Shown: piece by piece, positions 8,505-18,200 of the stretch
Layout: every line of letters begins with the position of its first letter
How positions within the stretch are numbered: the first letter of the stretch is position 1
From: an uncultured Bacteroidales bacterium
GTDB taxonomy: Bacteria > Bacteroidota > Bacteroidia > Bacteroidales > WCHB1-69
DNA: 64,000 nucleotides
Reading direction: 5' to 3'
Assembly: GCA_905233745.1 (NCBI GenBank)
Contig: CAJODA010000001.1
Span: 7,855-71,854, forward strand
Made by a program: the position numbers and the translations under genes
The notes under the pieces: model-generated
Database searches by the model: none
Seen by the model: only the letters and a program-made list of their open reading frames with translations
Told to the model about the DNA's origin: nothing

Positions 8505-8520
8505 TGCAAAAAGTGTACCA
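8505..8520 (-). promoter_or_regulatory. Sigma-54-type -24/-12 promoter candidate (TGGTAC-N5-TTGCA) upstream of the batD-like gene
   Basis: The minus strand reads TTTTGGTACacttTTTGCAAT. The GG-N10-GC spacing is exact, and the -12 GC lies about 56 nt upstream of the ATG at 8450. Confidence 0.5.
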
Positions 8521-8781
8521 AAAAAAAATAGGCAATAATTTAGAAGATGACCCAATATGATGGTCTATTGATTTGGATTCCGCCATTCACTTTGTTCACG
8601 GCGGAATGGTGGGTACGCCGATAGTACACATAAGGAAGATTGGCGTTTTTCCTATTCCACCCAAGACAACTACCCAATTCAGATTTTGCAGAATTGTAAA
8701 GAATATGCCGAGAACTATCCCGACACCAATTACTCTAACACGACAATGGTCCTCGAATATCTCCCTTAATCTTACAGCATC

Positions 8782-9102
8782 TTATTCAGATTCTGCATCT
8801 TGCATTTTCTTCCGCACCACGATGCGGACAATAATATCCGCCACTGCCACCAGCGCAACAGAGATTGCCAGCGACACCAGCAAGCGTGTGTTGTCATTGG
8901 GGATGCTATTCTTCAGGCAATCACCGAACAAACCGGCAAAACCAGCCACTGTGGGAATCAACAAAAACAGCAAGCCAGTGAAATCATACGAGTTTTCCTT
9001 TCGCCCGCTCTTTTTCCCTAACAAATAACGATACATAAAATAGGTCATTCCGGCAAAAACCGGAAGGAAGACAATCAGATAGATCACGATGCGTGATGCC
9101 AT
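8782..9102 (-). CDS. Small integral membrane protein of unknown function
   Basis: 106 aa with three hydrophobic segments (IVIYLIVFLPVFAGMTYFMY, FTGLLFLLIPTVAGFAGLFG, LLVSLAISVALVAVADIIV). I did not recognise the family. Confidence 0.5.
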   Translation of the reverse strand: MASRIVIYLIVFLPVFAGMTYFMYRYLLGKKSGRKENSYDFTGLLFLLIPTVAGFAGLFGDCLKNSIPNDNTRLLVSLAISVALVAVADIIVRIVVRKKMQDAESE

Positions 9103-9123
9103 AGAAGATAACGATTGAAAATT

Positions 9124-9870
9124 CTATTTCAGATCGAACTCAAACTCGTCGCCGGGCTTCTTCTCCACGGGCTTCTTGCCGTAGCGCAGCACAATCATGT
9201 TACGGGTGCCGCGGAGCGTAATGCGCTCGTGGTCCACCCATAATGCTGTACCCTCACGCAAACCTGCCACGGCCATGTTCTGGTTGACGGCCAGATACTC
9301 GTTAATACGCACTTGGCGCGTCTCGCCGCCATGACGGATGGCATCGTTGATGTCTTGCGGATACGGATCAATGTAGTGGGGATTGATCTGGAACGGCACC
9401 AAATCCAGGCACTTGAAGCTCTCGGGCATCACAATAGGCATATCGTTAGTGGTGCACAAGGTCGGGCAAGCCACATTGGAACCGGCACTCCAGCCGATAT
9501 ATGGAACTCCCTCCATCACTTTGCGGCGGATCGGCTCGATGAGCTTGTTGCGATGCAACTCAGCTACCAAGTGGAACGTGTTGCCGCCGCCCACCATAAT
9601 CATCTTGGCTTTGTTGATGAGAGCCACCGGATCTTTCGCCGTGTGCACGGACACGATTTTCTTATTGAACTGGTCGAAAACCTTCTGCACGCGTGCTGTG
9701 TAGGAGTCATAGCTCTTGGGATAGACCTCGCCACCCACATCCACGCCCGCATACGGGACGAAGACGATTTCCTTGGCGGATTTCTGGATGAATTCCTCAA
9801 TGAGAGGGGTGCACCAGCCCAGATAAGGCTCTTTATAATTGGTGGAATTGCTGATTAATAATAATTTCAT
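9124..9870 (-). CDS. pepE: Dipeptidase E (peptidase family S51, alpha-aspartyl dipeptidase)
   Basis: MKLLLISNSTN..FVPYAG..IMVGGGNTFHL..GWSAGSNV (Ser nucleophile context)..INPH. Confidence 0.75.
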   Translation of the reverse strand: MKLLLISNSTNYKEPYLGWCTPLIEEFIQKSAKEIVFVPYAGVDVGGEVYPKSYDSYTARVQKVFDQFNKKIVSVHTAKDPVALINKAKMIMVGGGNTFHLVAELHRNKLIEPIRRKVMEGVPYIGWSAGSNVACPTLCTTNDMPIVMPESFKCLDLVPFQINPHYIDPYPQDINDAIRHGGETRQVRINEYLAVNQNMAVAGLREGTALWVDHERITLRGTRNMIVLRYGKKPVEKKPGDEFEFDLK

Positions 9871-9906
9871 ATCGGTTGTTTTTTCTCGTTAATATCATTT
9901 GTCCTT

Positions 9907-9930
9907 AGAGACGCAAAATTTTGCGTCTCT
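9907..9930 (-). terminator. Perfect 24-nt palindrome downstream of folD (terminator or operator hairpin)
   Basis: agagacgcaaaattttgcgtctct. It lacks a clear U-tract. Confidence 0.4.
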
Positions 9931-9956
9931 ACTGTTTACTGATCACTATTCACTGA

Positions 9957-10829
9957 CTACTGACGACTCTTATACGCCTTCATCGTGTTTTGCAGCAGGC
10001 ATGCCATGGTCATGGCGCCCACGCCACCGGGCACTGGGGTGATGGCCTCGCACTTTTTGCTCACCTCATCGAATTTCACATCGCCGCAGACACGGTAGCC
10101 GTTGGGCTGAGCAGGATCGGGAATACGGTGTATGCCCACATCGATAACGGTAGCCTTCTCTTTCACATAGTCGGCGGTAATCATCTCCGGTTGGCCGATG
10201 GCCACTATCAGGATGTCGGCGCGACTGCACACACGTTTCAGATTCTTGGTACGGCTGTGACACACGGTGACCGTGGCATTGGCGTCTTTGTGCAACAACA
10301 TCATGGAGAGCGGTTTTCCCACAATATTGCTACGGCCCAAAATCACACACTCCTTTCCGGTGGTGTCAATATTGCTGCGACGTAGCAGCTCCATCACACC
10401 GTGCGGGGTGGCAGGCGCGTAGCAGTCTTTACCCAATAGCAAGTTGCCCATATTCACAGGATGGAAGCAGTCCATATCCTTGCGCGGGTCAACGTGGGCC
10501 ACCACCTTGTCGATGGAAACCTGCTTCGGCAGCGGCATCTGGATGATATAGCCGTCCACCTCGTCATCACTGTTCAAAAAATCGATGGTGGCCAGGATGT
10601 CCTTCTCAGGCACATTGGCCGGAAACTTGTATGCAGAGCAGATATAGCCCACGCCCTTGCACTGTTTCTCAATGCTGTTCACATAGCTCAGCGCGGCGCC
10701 ATCTTCGCCGGCGATGACCACAGCCAGATGCGGTGCCGGCTTGCCCTGGTCCAACAGGGACTTCACTTCAGTTGCTATTTCTGTCTTGATTGTGGAGGCG
10801 ATTGCCTTTCCGTCAATGATATTGGGCAT
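9957..10829 (-). CDS. folD: Bifunctional methylenetetrahydrofolate dehydrogenase / methenyl-THF cyclohydrolase
   Basis: MPNIIDGKAIA..PHLAVVIAGEDGA..GYIIQMPLP..ILGRSNIVGKP..TPVPGGVGAMT. I prefer the start at 10829, because the longer ORF to 10859 runs into the ffh terminator hairpin. Confidence 0.9.
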   Translation of the reverse strand: MPNIIDGKAIASTIKTEIATEVKSLLDQGKPAPHLAVVIAGEDGAALSYVNSIEKQCKGVGYICSAYKFPANVPEKDILATIDFLNSDDEVDGYIIQMPLPKQVSIDKVVAHVDPRKDMDCFHPVNMGNLLLGKDCYAPATPHGVMELLRRSNIDTTGKECVILGRSNIVGKPLSMMLLHKDANATVTVCHSRTKNLKRVCSRADILIVAIGQPEMITADYVKEKATVIDVGIHRIPDPAQPNGYRVCGDVKFDEVSKKCEAITPVPGGVGAMTMACLLQNTMKAYKSRQ

Positions 10830-10848
10830 AATGCATGTTTTAATATGG

Positions 10849-10874
10849 TAGGGGCGCAATGTTTTGCGCCCCTA
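10849..10874 (-). terminator. Hairpin downstream of ffh
   Basis: taggggcgcaa / ttgcgccccta stem. Confidence 0.45.
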
Positions 10875-10884
10875 CGAATGTTTT

Positions 10885-12225
10885 TTATAATGGTCTTCTT
10901 CCGGGGGCGTTCATGGCGCGCATGAGATTCTTGGCCTTGCCGCTGTTCACCATCTTCATCATCTTGCGGGTGTCCTCGAACTGCTTCATCAGGCGGTTCA
11001 CATCCTGGATATCGCGTCCGCAACCGCTGGCGATACGTCTTCTGCGGGAGCCGTTAATGATGTCCGGGTTGGCACGTTCTTGCGGAGTCATGGATTGGAT
11101 AATCACCTCCACACTCTTGAAGGCATTGTCATCCAAATCCATATCCTTAACCACCTTACCCATACCCGGAATCATGGACATGAGATCCTTCACATTGCCC
11201 ATTTTCTTGATTTGCTGGATTTGGGCCATGAAGTCGTTGAAGTCGAACTGGTTCTTCGCGAGTTTTTTCTGCAGCTTGGCAGCCTCCTCCTGGTCAAACT
11301 GGTCTTGTGCCTTCTCCACGAAAGAACGGATGTCACCCATACCGAGGATACGCTCGGCCAGACGGTCGGGGTGGAAGACGTCGAGTGCTTCCATTTTTTC
11401 ACCAGTGCCGATGAACTTGATGGGCTTATCGACCACTGCCTTGATGGTAAGGGCCGCACCGCCCCTGGTGTCACCATCCATCTTGGTGAGGATCACACCA
11501 TCGAAATTCAGTTTGTCATTGAAAGCTTTGGCGGTATTCACAGCATCCTGGCCGGTCATGGCATCCACCACAAAGAGAATCTCATGCGGGTTGACAGCAT
11601 CTTTGATATTGCCGATTTCGGTCATCATCTCCTCGTCAACAGCCAAACGGCCGGCGGTATCGACAATCACCACATCGTAGCCATACTCTTTGGCGTGCTT
11701 GACACCGTTTTTGGCAATCTCAACCGGTTTCTTGTTGTCGGGTTCGGTATATACGGGTACGCCGATTTGCTCGCCGAGGACCTTTAGTTGGTCGATAGCG
11801 GCGGGACGATATACGTCGCCAGCCACGAGCAAGGGCTTTTTATTGCGCTTGCTTTTGAGTAAATTGGCCAGTTTGGCCGCATGGGTGGTCTTACCGGAAC
11901 CCTGCAAACCGGACATCAGGATAATGGCAGGGTTGGCCTTGATATTGATGTCAATCGCGTCGCGTCCCATCAGGTTGATGAGTTCGTCGTATGTGATCTT
12001 GACCATCAGTTGGCTGGGTGAAACGGCCTTAAGCACATTCATGCCCAACGCTTTCTTCTTCACCTCATCGGTGAAGTCTTTCGCAATCTTATAACTCACG
12101 TCAGCGTCGAGAAGTGCCTTGCGCACCTCCTTCATCGTCTCGGCCACGTTGATTTCAGTAATATAACCCTGACCTTTAATGATTTTAAACGCTCTCTCTA
12201 GTCTGTCAGATAGGTTTTCAAACAT
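10885..12225 (-). CDS. ffh: Signal recognition particle protein Ffh
   Basis: MFENLSDRLERAFK..MSGLQGSGKTT..DTAGRL..TKMDGDTRGGAALT, followed by a Met-rich M domain. Confidence 0.95.
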   Translation of the reverse strand: MFENLSDRLERAFKIIKGQGYITEINVAETMKEVRKALLDADVSYKIAKDFTDEVKKKALGMNVLKAVSPSQLMVKITYDELINLMGRDAIDINIKANPAIILMSGLQGSGKTTHAAKLANLLKSKRNKKPLLVAGDVYRPAAIDQLKVLGEQIGVPVYTEPDNKKPVEIAKNGVKHAKEYGYDVVIVDTAGRLAVDEEMMTEIGNIKDAVNPHEILFVVDAMTGQDAVNTAKAFNDKLNFDGVILTKMDGDTRGGAALTIKAVVDKPIKFIGTGEKMEALDVFHPDRLAERILGMGDIRSFVEKAQDQFDQEEAAKLQKKLAKNQFDFNDFMAQIQQIKKMGNVKDLMSMIPGMGKVVKDMDLDDNAFKSVEVIIQSMTPQERANPDIINGSRRRRIASGCGRDIQDVNRLMKQFEDTRKMMKMVNSGKAKNLMRAMNAPGRRPL

Positions 12226-12266
12226 TATAATAGTATATTGTTAAGTGTTATTCTAAATTTCGGCGG

Positions 12267-12274
12267 CAAAGATA
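12267..12274 (-). promoter_or_regulatory. Bacteroides-type -7 box for ffh
   Basis: The plus strand reads CAAAGATA, 42 nt upstream of the start. Confidence 0.45.
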
Positions 12275-12395
12275 CAGCATTTTTTAAATCTACAGCAACG
12301 ATGAGTTAGAATCTTTAGCACACGGATAATGTTCTGGGAAAGAAACATTTATTCATGAAAAATCAAGTCAGCTCTTGACTTTGCAAACTCTTTTG

Positions 12396-12403
12396 TATCT
12401 TTG
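12396..12403 (+). promoter_or_regulatory. Bacteroides-type -7 box (TAtcTTTG) for the DUF349 gene
   Basis: Found in the context ttttgTATCTTTGcgcc. The same 17-mer context recurs at 21552-21568. Confidence 0.5.
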
Positions 12404-12455
12404 CGCCCTGAATTTTTAAACCCTATTCAATTATTCTAAAACAACACAAAAATTT

Positions 12456-14675
12456 ATGGAACAACAAGATCTTCTTCCTCAAGATAATGCTGAAATGCAG
12501 AATCAAGAGATGAATTCTGGCGCTTCCGTTGAAGCCCAAATCCCTACGACACAAGAATCTTCCGCACCTGCAGAGGAAACTGAAATGAAAAGCGCCGAAC
12601 CGGCCGCTGCTGAAGAGCCCGCCACGGAGGAGACTCCCGCCGAGGAGCCTGCCAAAGAAGAGGCACAAGCCGTTGAGCAGCCGGAACCTGCCCAGGAGCC
12701 TGAGGCTCCGCAATCCGCCGAAGAGATGATGGCGGAGATGGACCGTCAGCAAAGCGCCGAGGAACCTGTCACGGTTGCCGAAGCTGAAAACACCACTACT
12801 GAAAATATGCCGGAAGAGACTCTGGAGCAAGTCGAAGCCGAATATGCCGGTCTTGACTTGGAGAAATGCATTGGCGAACTGGAGCATTTGGTAGAGGAGA
12901 CCAACTTCAACCTCATCAAGCTGAGAGTTGGTGTACTCCGCACGAAAATCATTGAATTTTTCCGTGAAAGGAAACGTGCCGCCCTCGCGGCCTACAACGC
13001 CGCCAAGGCTGCTGCTGAAGCAGCTGCCGCTGAGAATCCCGAAGCCCCCGCGGAGGAAATTGAAGCCCCGTCAACCGAACCTGATGAGTTTGAAGTTCGT
13101 TTCAACAAAGCCTTCCAACTATATAAAGACAACAAAGCCAAATTCATAGAGGCTCTGGAGCAACAGAAGCAAAAGAACCTCGAGGCCAAGAACCAGATTA
13201 TCGAAGGTCTCAGAACCCTCATCGAATCCGAATCCAATCTCAAGAACCTGAACGACAAGTTCAAGGAGCTTCAGGAACAATGGAAAAACATCGGACCCGT
13301 TCCGCAGAATGAATCCACCAACTTGTGGCAAAACTACCACTTCTACGTGGAGAAATTCTTCGACATCATCCGCCTCAACAAGGAGGCCCGCGAGATGGAC
13401 TACAAGAAGAATCTTGAGTTGAAACTCGAACTCTGCGAGAAAGCCGAGTCCCTTCTGTTGGTTGACTCCATCAACCAATCGTTCAAGGATCTGCAAAGCC
13501 TGCACGAGCAATGGAAGGAAATCGGACCCGTCCCGGAGGATAAGAAAGAAGAGGTATGGGAGCGCTTCAAAGCCGCTTCAGACCAAATCAATGCCAGAAG
13601 GAAAGAGTTCTATGACAAGCTGTTTGCTGAAGAGCAGAACAACTACAACGCCAAAGTTGTGCTCTGCGAACAGGCTGAGGAGTTGGTTGCACAATCCAGC
13701 GACACGGTGAAGACCTACAATGAAATCAGCGACAAGCTTACCGAGCTGCTCAACATCTGGAAGACCCTGGGACCTGCTCCAGGCAAGTTGAATGATGAAA
13801 TCTGGAACCGTTTCAAATCCACACTCGACAAATTCTTCACCCAGAAGAAAGAGTATTTCCAGCAGATTAAGGACACGCAGATGCAGAACTACAACCAGAA
13901 GCTCAATCTGGCCATCCAGGCTGAGGGCATCGCAAGCCGCACCGACTGGAAGCAGGCCACCGCAGAGATGCTCAACCTGCAGTCCGAGTGGAAGACCATC
14001 GGCGCCACACCGCGCAAATACTCCGACCAGGTATGGAAACGTTTCCGCTCCGCCTGCGACAAGTTCTTCGAGGCCAAATCCCACTACTTCAACAATATTC
14101 AAGAGGTTGAGGCCGAGAACCTGAAAAAGAAGGAGGAACTGATCCAGAGTATCCTCACCCACGAGTTCAGCGACGACCGCAACGCCAACATGGAAGCTCT
14201 GAAAGAGTACCAAAACGAGTGGATTGCCATCGGATTTGTACCCAAGAAGGACAAAGACAGAATCTACACCGAATACCGCGAAGCTTTGAACAAACGTTTC
14301 GCCGAACTGAAGATTAGCGCCGAAGACATGCGCCACAACCGCTTCAGAAGCAAGATTGACAACATCTTGAGCAACCCGAATGCCGAAAAGATGATTGACA
14401 AGGAGAAGAACTTCCTGAAGAACAAACTGGCACAGCTGAAGGAAGACATCGTCCTTTGGGAAAACAACCTCGGATTCTTCTCCAACTCCAAGAACGCCGA
14501 AATCATCACCGCCGAGTTCCGAAAGAAGATTGAGGCGGCCAAAGAGGAGATCAAGGATTTGGAGTACAAGATCAAGATGATGAACAATCCGAAACCTTCT
14601 CAGGAGGCTGAGGCCCAGGCTGGCGAGTCCGAGAGTGCGGAAGCGCCGGCACCGGAAGAGGCGCAAGAGGCGTAA
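12456..14675 (+). CDS. DUF349 repeat protein with an acidic low-complexity N-terminus
   Basis: Multiple repeats of the pattern W..IGPVP......W.RF..A.D.F (for example EQWKNIGPVPQNESTNLWQNYHF, EQWKEIGPVPEDKKEEVWERFKAASDQI, SEWKTIGATPRKYSDQVWKRFRSACDKFF). Confidence 0.8.
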   Translation: MEQQDLLPQDNAEMQNQEMNSGASVEAQIPTTQESSAPAEETEMKSAEPAAAEEPATEETPAEEPAKEEAQAVEQPEPAQEPEAPQSAEEMMAEMDRQQSAEEPVTVAEAENTTTENMPEETLEQVEAEYAGLDLEKCIGELEHLVEETNFNLIKLRVGVLRTKIIEFFRERKRAALAAYNAAKAAAEAAAAENPEAPAEEIEAPSTEPDEFEVRFNKAFQLYKDNKAKFIEALEQQKQKNLEAKNQIIEGLRTLIESESNLKNLNDKFKELQEQWKNIGPVPQNESTNLWQNYHFYVEKFFDIIRLNKEAREMDYKKNLELKLELCEKAESLLLVDSINQSFKDLQSLHEQWKEIGPVPEDKKEEVWERFKAASDQINARRKEFYDKLFAEEQNNYNAKVVLCEQAEELVAQSSDTVKTYNEISDKLTELLNIWKTLGPAPGKLNDEIWNRFKSTLDKFFTQKKEYFQQIKDTQMQNYNQKLNLAIQAEGIASRTDWKQATAEMLNLQSEWKTIGATPRKYSDQVWKRFRSACDKFFEAKSHYFNNIQEVEAENLKKKEELIQSILTHEFSDDRNANMEALKEYQNEWIAIGFVPKKDKDRIYTEYREALNKRFAELKISAEDMRHNRFRSKIDNILSNPNAEKMIDKEKNFLKNKLAQLKEDIVLWENNLGFFSNSKNAEIITAEFRKKIEAAKEEIKDLEYKIKMMNNPKPSQEAEAQAGESESAEAPAPEEAQEA

Positions 14676-15142
14676 TGATTATGAAATTCTTCAAGTGCTT
14701 TATAATTGGCACATTGTGCTTAACTTTTTTGTCTGCGGCTGCGCAATCGGCCGCAGACAAAATTTTAGGTGTCTATTACATATCGGACGACCAGTCGGAC
14801 GAGGTATGCAAGACCAAGATCACCAAGACTTCCGACGGGTTGTATGAGGGGCAGGTGATCTGGGTGAAGAATCCTTATTTCAAGGACGGTTCCCCGAAGC
14901 GCGATATCAAGAATCCTGATCCGAAGAAGCGCAACACCCCGTGCGACAAAATAAAACTGCTGTTCCATTTCCGTTATGATGCCAAAGGAAACAAATGGGT
15001 GGACGGCGAGATCTACGACCCTGTGCACGGCAAGTTCTACAAGAGCCGAATGTGGTTTGAAAAGGAGAATGTTTTGCGCGTGCGCGGCTACATCGGCGTG
15101 CCCGCCTTCGGCAGGACGATGACATGGAAAAAAATAGGATGA
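14675..15142 (+). CDS. DUF2147-family secreted protein
   Basis: Signal peptide, then ILGVYY..GQVIWVKNP..KRDIKNPDPKKRNTP..GEIYDPVHGKFYKSRMW..LRVRGYIG. TAATG overlap with the upstream gene. Confidence 0.7.
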   Translation: MIMKFFKCFIIGTLCLTFLSAAAQSAADKILGVYYISDDQSDEVCKTKITKTSDGLYEGQVIWVKNPYFKDGSPKRDIKNPDPKKRNTPCDKIKLLFHFRYDAKGNKWVDGEIYDPVHGKFYKSRMWFEKENVLRVRGYIGVPAFGRTMTWKKIG

Positions 15143-15149
15143 TTTTTTT

Positions 15150-15176
15150 AAGAGGGATTCAGTCCCTCTTTTTTGT
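15150..15176 (+). terminator. Intrinsic terminator after the DUF2147 gene
   Basis: aagaggga ttcag tccctctt followed by tttttgtt. Confidence 0.7.
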
Positions 15177-15184
15177 TATTTTTG
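15177..15184 (+). promoter_or_regulatory. Bacteroides-type -7 box (TAttTTTG) for the 1611-aa gene
   Basis: Exact TAnnTTTG match, 58 nt upstream of the ATG at 15242. Confidence 0.5.
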
Positions 15185-15241
15185 CAAGCACAGCCAAGAG
15201 GCCGTTTATTATAATTACAATCATAATATTATTTTAACGAT

Positions 15242-18200
15242 ATGAAAAAAATAATACTTTTTTATTTGCTGATAACAATATTTGCAATAGGCACGAAGGC
15301 TCAGTCCCTGACAGTGGCTGATGGTACTGCCAGAGACCGTTTTATTCCTGTTTATGGCTATTATATGGATGTTGTACAGCAATCGCAGACGCTATACCCT
15401 GCCTCTATGCTTACCAGTTTGGTTGGTTCCTATATTACTGAACTGACTTATTATTTTGAAACCATGCCCAATGGTTCCATTGTGACAAATTCGTGGGGAG
15501 GTATACAGAATATCAGGATTGGAGTCTCAACGGCTGCTGATTTGACGCAGGGTTTTGACACCATCCCTGTCTCAAACGTCTGGATAGGCACGTTGTCTGA
15601 CAACATTGCCAATTCGCAGATGCATATTACACTGGATCACCCATATCTATATAACGGGGGTAATCTGTTGATTGAGTTTGAAAACCCGATGGGAGCAAAT
15701 TTTAGTGATGCCTATTTTTATGGCCAAAACCAGTCGACACAGCTCTCCTATATGTCATATGTCTCATACGATAGTACTCTGGTTTCGCATGGAGCAAACT
15801 TTTTACCTAAACTTACCATTGCTTATGATACGACGGGGTGTTTCCCTCCTTATTATCTACATGTCGAAGCAGACCACTATTCTGCGATTTTGTCTTGGTC
15901 ACCCTCAACTTCAGATTCTGCATCAGCATATACAATCGGATACAGAACAGTTACAGACACGTTTTCTTACATGGAGGTTACGGATACTTTTTTTGTTTTG
16001 AACGGTTTGTTACCCAAGGTGACATACTACTGGCGTGTGCGGGCCAATTGCGGAGGACAGAATACCAGTGCATGGAAAGACGCATCGTTCACTACCCCAC
16101 AAATTATAGGGCAGTTGCCGTATTTTTGCGGTTTTGAGGATACGATTGAGAATTTACAATGGACGATTTTAAACGATGAGTATAGAAATGTCTGGCGTTT
16201 TGGAAATGCCGTTCATCAAGATGGGAATAACGCGTTATATATTTCTGACAACAATGGCTTGACGCATCATTATTTGGTTAATTCTAATAATTCTTCAACT
16301 GTTTGGGCATACAGGGATGTTTATTTGGATACAATTTACACAAAATATGATCTCTCTTTTGATTTTCTTGGAATGGGACAGCATAATAGTGATTATATGA
16401 AAGTGTATGTGGGGCCGCCTGCAACACCGAGGTTGCTACTATCTCCAGCTAATTCTGAGTTGTTGGGAACATTCTCTTTGGTGGAAAAATGGCAACACTA
16501 TCATTTTGTTCTTGATAGTACGCATGTGGGTTTGCAGCGGATTTATTTTTTATGGACCAATAACCCCTCCACAGGTATGAATCCTCCAGCTGCAATTGAC
16601 AATCTTTCTGTTACGGGTTTAGTGATGCCTGCTCCCCTAGGTCTATCCGTTTCGGATGTTACTACTACGGAGGCGACACTCTCATGGCATTCTGAAGGAA
16701 CTCCTTTACCTACCACTTATACGGTGTCTTATCGACAGTATTCAGATACAAATTCAACGGAGATCATAGTTGAGGATACTGTATGCAGAATTACGGGTTT
16801 GGAGATATCGCGCGTATATGCATGGAAAGTACGTGCCAACGGACAAGGAAACAGTAGTGTGTGGAGTGGGGAAATCCTTCTTCAGACGTTACCTGTGGTG
16901 GCTTCTGTGCCCTATAATTGTGGTTTTGAGGATACTGTTGAGAATAATCAATGGAGGTTTGTGAATGGTACGAATCCTAACCGATGGTGCATTGGCCGGG
17001 CAGTGAATCATGGTGGAGGACATGCTATGTACATCTCAGATGACAACGGTTATTCCTATAGTTACACTTTAGCATCTTCCGCATTTCTATGGGCATATCG
17101 TGATATTGATTTCGACACTATATATGCAGGTCATAGGGTGTCGTTTGATTGTAAAAATTATTCTTATTACAATAGCTATTATTACGGCCATTTCAAAGTG
17201 TTTATAGGTCCTCCATCTTTGCCGAGTGGCTCTTCTGCACCCGAAGGCGCTGTGCAACTTGGCAATGACATCAATGGGCAAAATCCATGGATCCGTCCTA
17301 CATTTCTGTTGGATTCCACTTATCGTGGTGTAAAGCGTCTCTATTTTTATTGGCAAAATTCTGCTCCATCCGGTACTAATCCCCCTGCGGCGGTTGACAA
17401 CGTTAAGGTAGAAAGCTTTAATTGTGCTATGCCTGAGAATTTGACTACTGTGCAAATTGACACAGGATCAGCTATTCTTACATGGCATTCTCCTATCATA
17501 GGTACAGCAACGTCCTATACGGTAGCCTATAAATTGATGGGAGATTCCTTGTTTTCCGAAGTTACTACTATGGATACCTTCTATCATTTTCAGAACCTGG
17601 AGACCTCTACCGAGTATGTGTGGAAAGTCCGTGCCCATTGTTCTTCATCAGACGAGAGCTGTTGGAGTGAGGAGAAAACATTTATTACGGCATCTCAGTT
17701 TGTTCAGCTGCCCTATTATTGCGGATTTGAGGACTCGTTGGAAAATCGTCAGTGGAGGATTGTGAATACGGTTGATGAAGGATGGTACATTGGAGGTGCA
17801 ACAAGCGCAGAGGGAGACTTTTCATTGTATATTTCCAATGATGGTGGCGTCTCCAACGCTGTGAATCCATATTCTGCTAGTACAGGTCAGAAGTTTTATG
17901 CGTACCGAGATGTCTATTTTACCCCTGGTTATGCAGAATACAATGTCTCGTTTGATTACAAGGGAGATTATGATTCATATGGGCATTTCAGATGGTTTAT
18001 AAGTATGGCGGATGCCGCCGCTCCAACAACAAGCATGTCCGAGCCTCCAGGAACATTATATCAAGTCTATAACAATAGCAGGACAGATTCTGTGTGGACG
18101 CACTATTCATATACATTGGATTCCACTTTTCAGGGATTTAAAAGGATTTGTTTCAGTTATTCTAATCCAATTAATTCCGTACAAATGCCAGCTGCTATTG

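Noticed and set aside
8521-8781. A 260-nt gene-free gap. It has a membrane-like open frame on the minus strand (..VIGVGIVLGIFFTILQNLNWVVVLGGIG..) and a 25-codon ATG ORF on the plus strand.
   Set aside because: There is no start codon for the minus-strand frame (about 57 codons from stop to stop), and neither frame has a recognisable family. It may be a decayed gene remnant, but the sequence alone cannot support this.
10830-10859. N-terminal extensions offered by the ORF track for folD (10859), nadA (21414), the sigma-54 activator (36526), clpC (45006), the T9SS protein (49064), the S46 peptidase (62773), the ACP (23377, TTG) and KS1 (21583, GTG)
   Set aside because: In each case an internal ATG gives the conserved N-terminus or signal peptide. 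The extension would overlap a -7 promoter box or a terminator hairpin.
12392-12408. The identical 17-mer ttttgtatctttgcgcc at 12392 and 21552, considered as a possible shared regulatory site or repeat element
   Set aside because: Both copies are centred on the TAtcTTTG -7 box, in T-rich promoter context. Two occurrences are insufficient to claim anything beyond promoter consensus.
13578-14666. Long antisense ORFs inside confident genes: 13578..14666 (-), 32275..33630 (+), 61532..62740 (+), 45885..46892 (-), 28399..29265 (-), 10859..11680 (+), 11080..11787 (+), 4113..4835 (+)
   Set aside because: Each overlaps a gene with strong family motifs on the other strand (DUF349, tig, S46 peptidase, clpC, htpG, ffh, tsf). 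Each has a repetitive or biased composition and no motifs.
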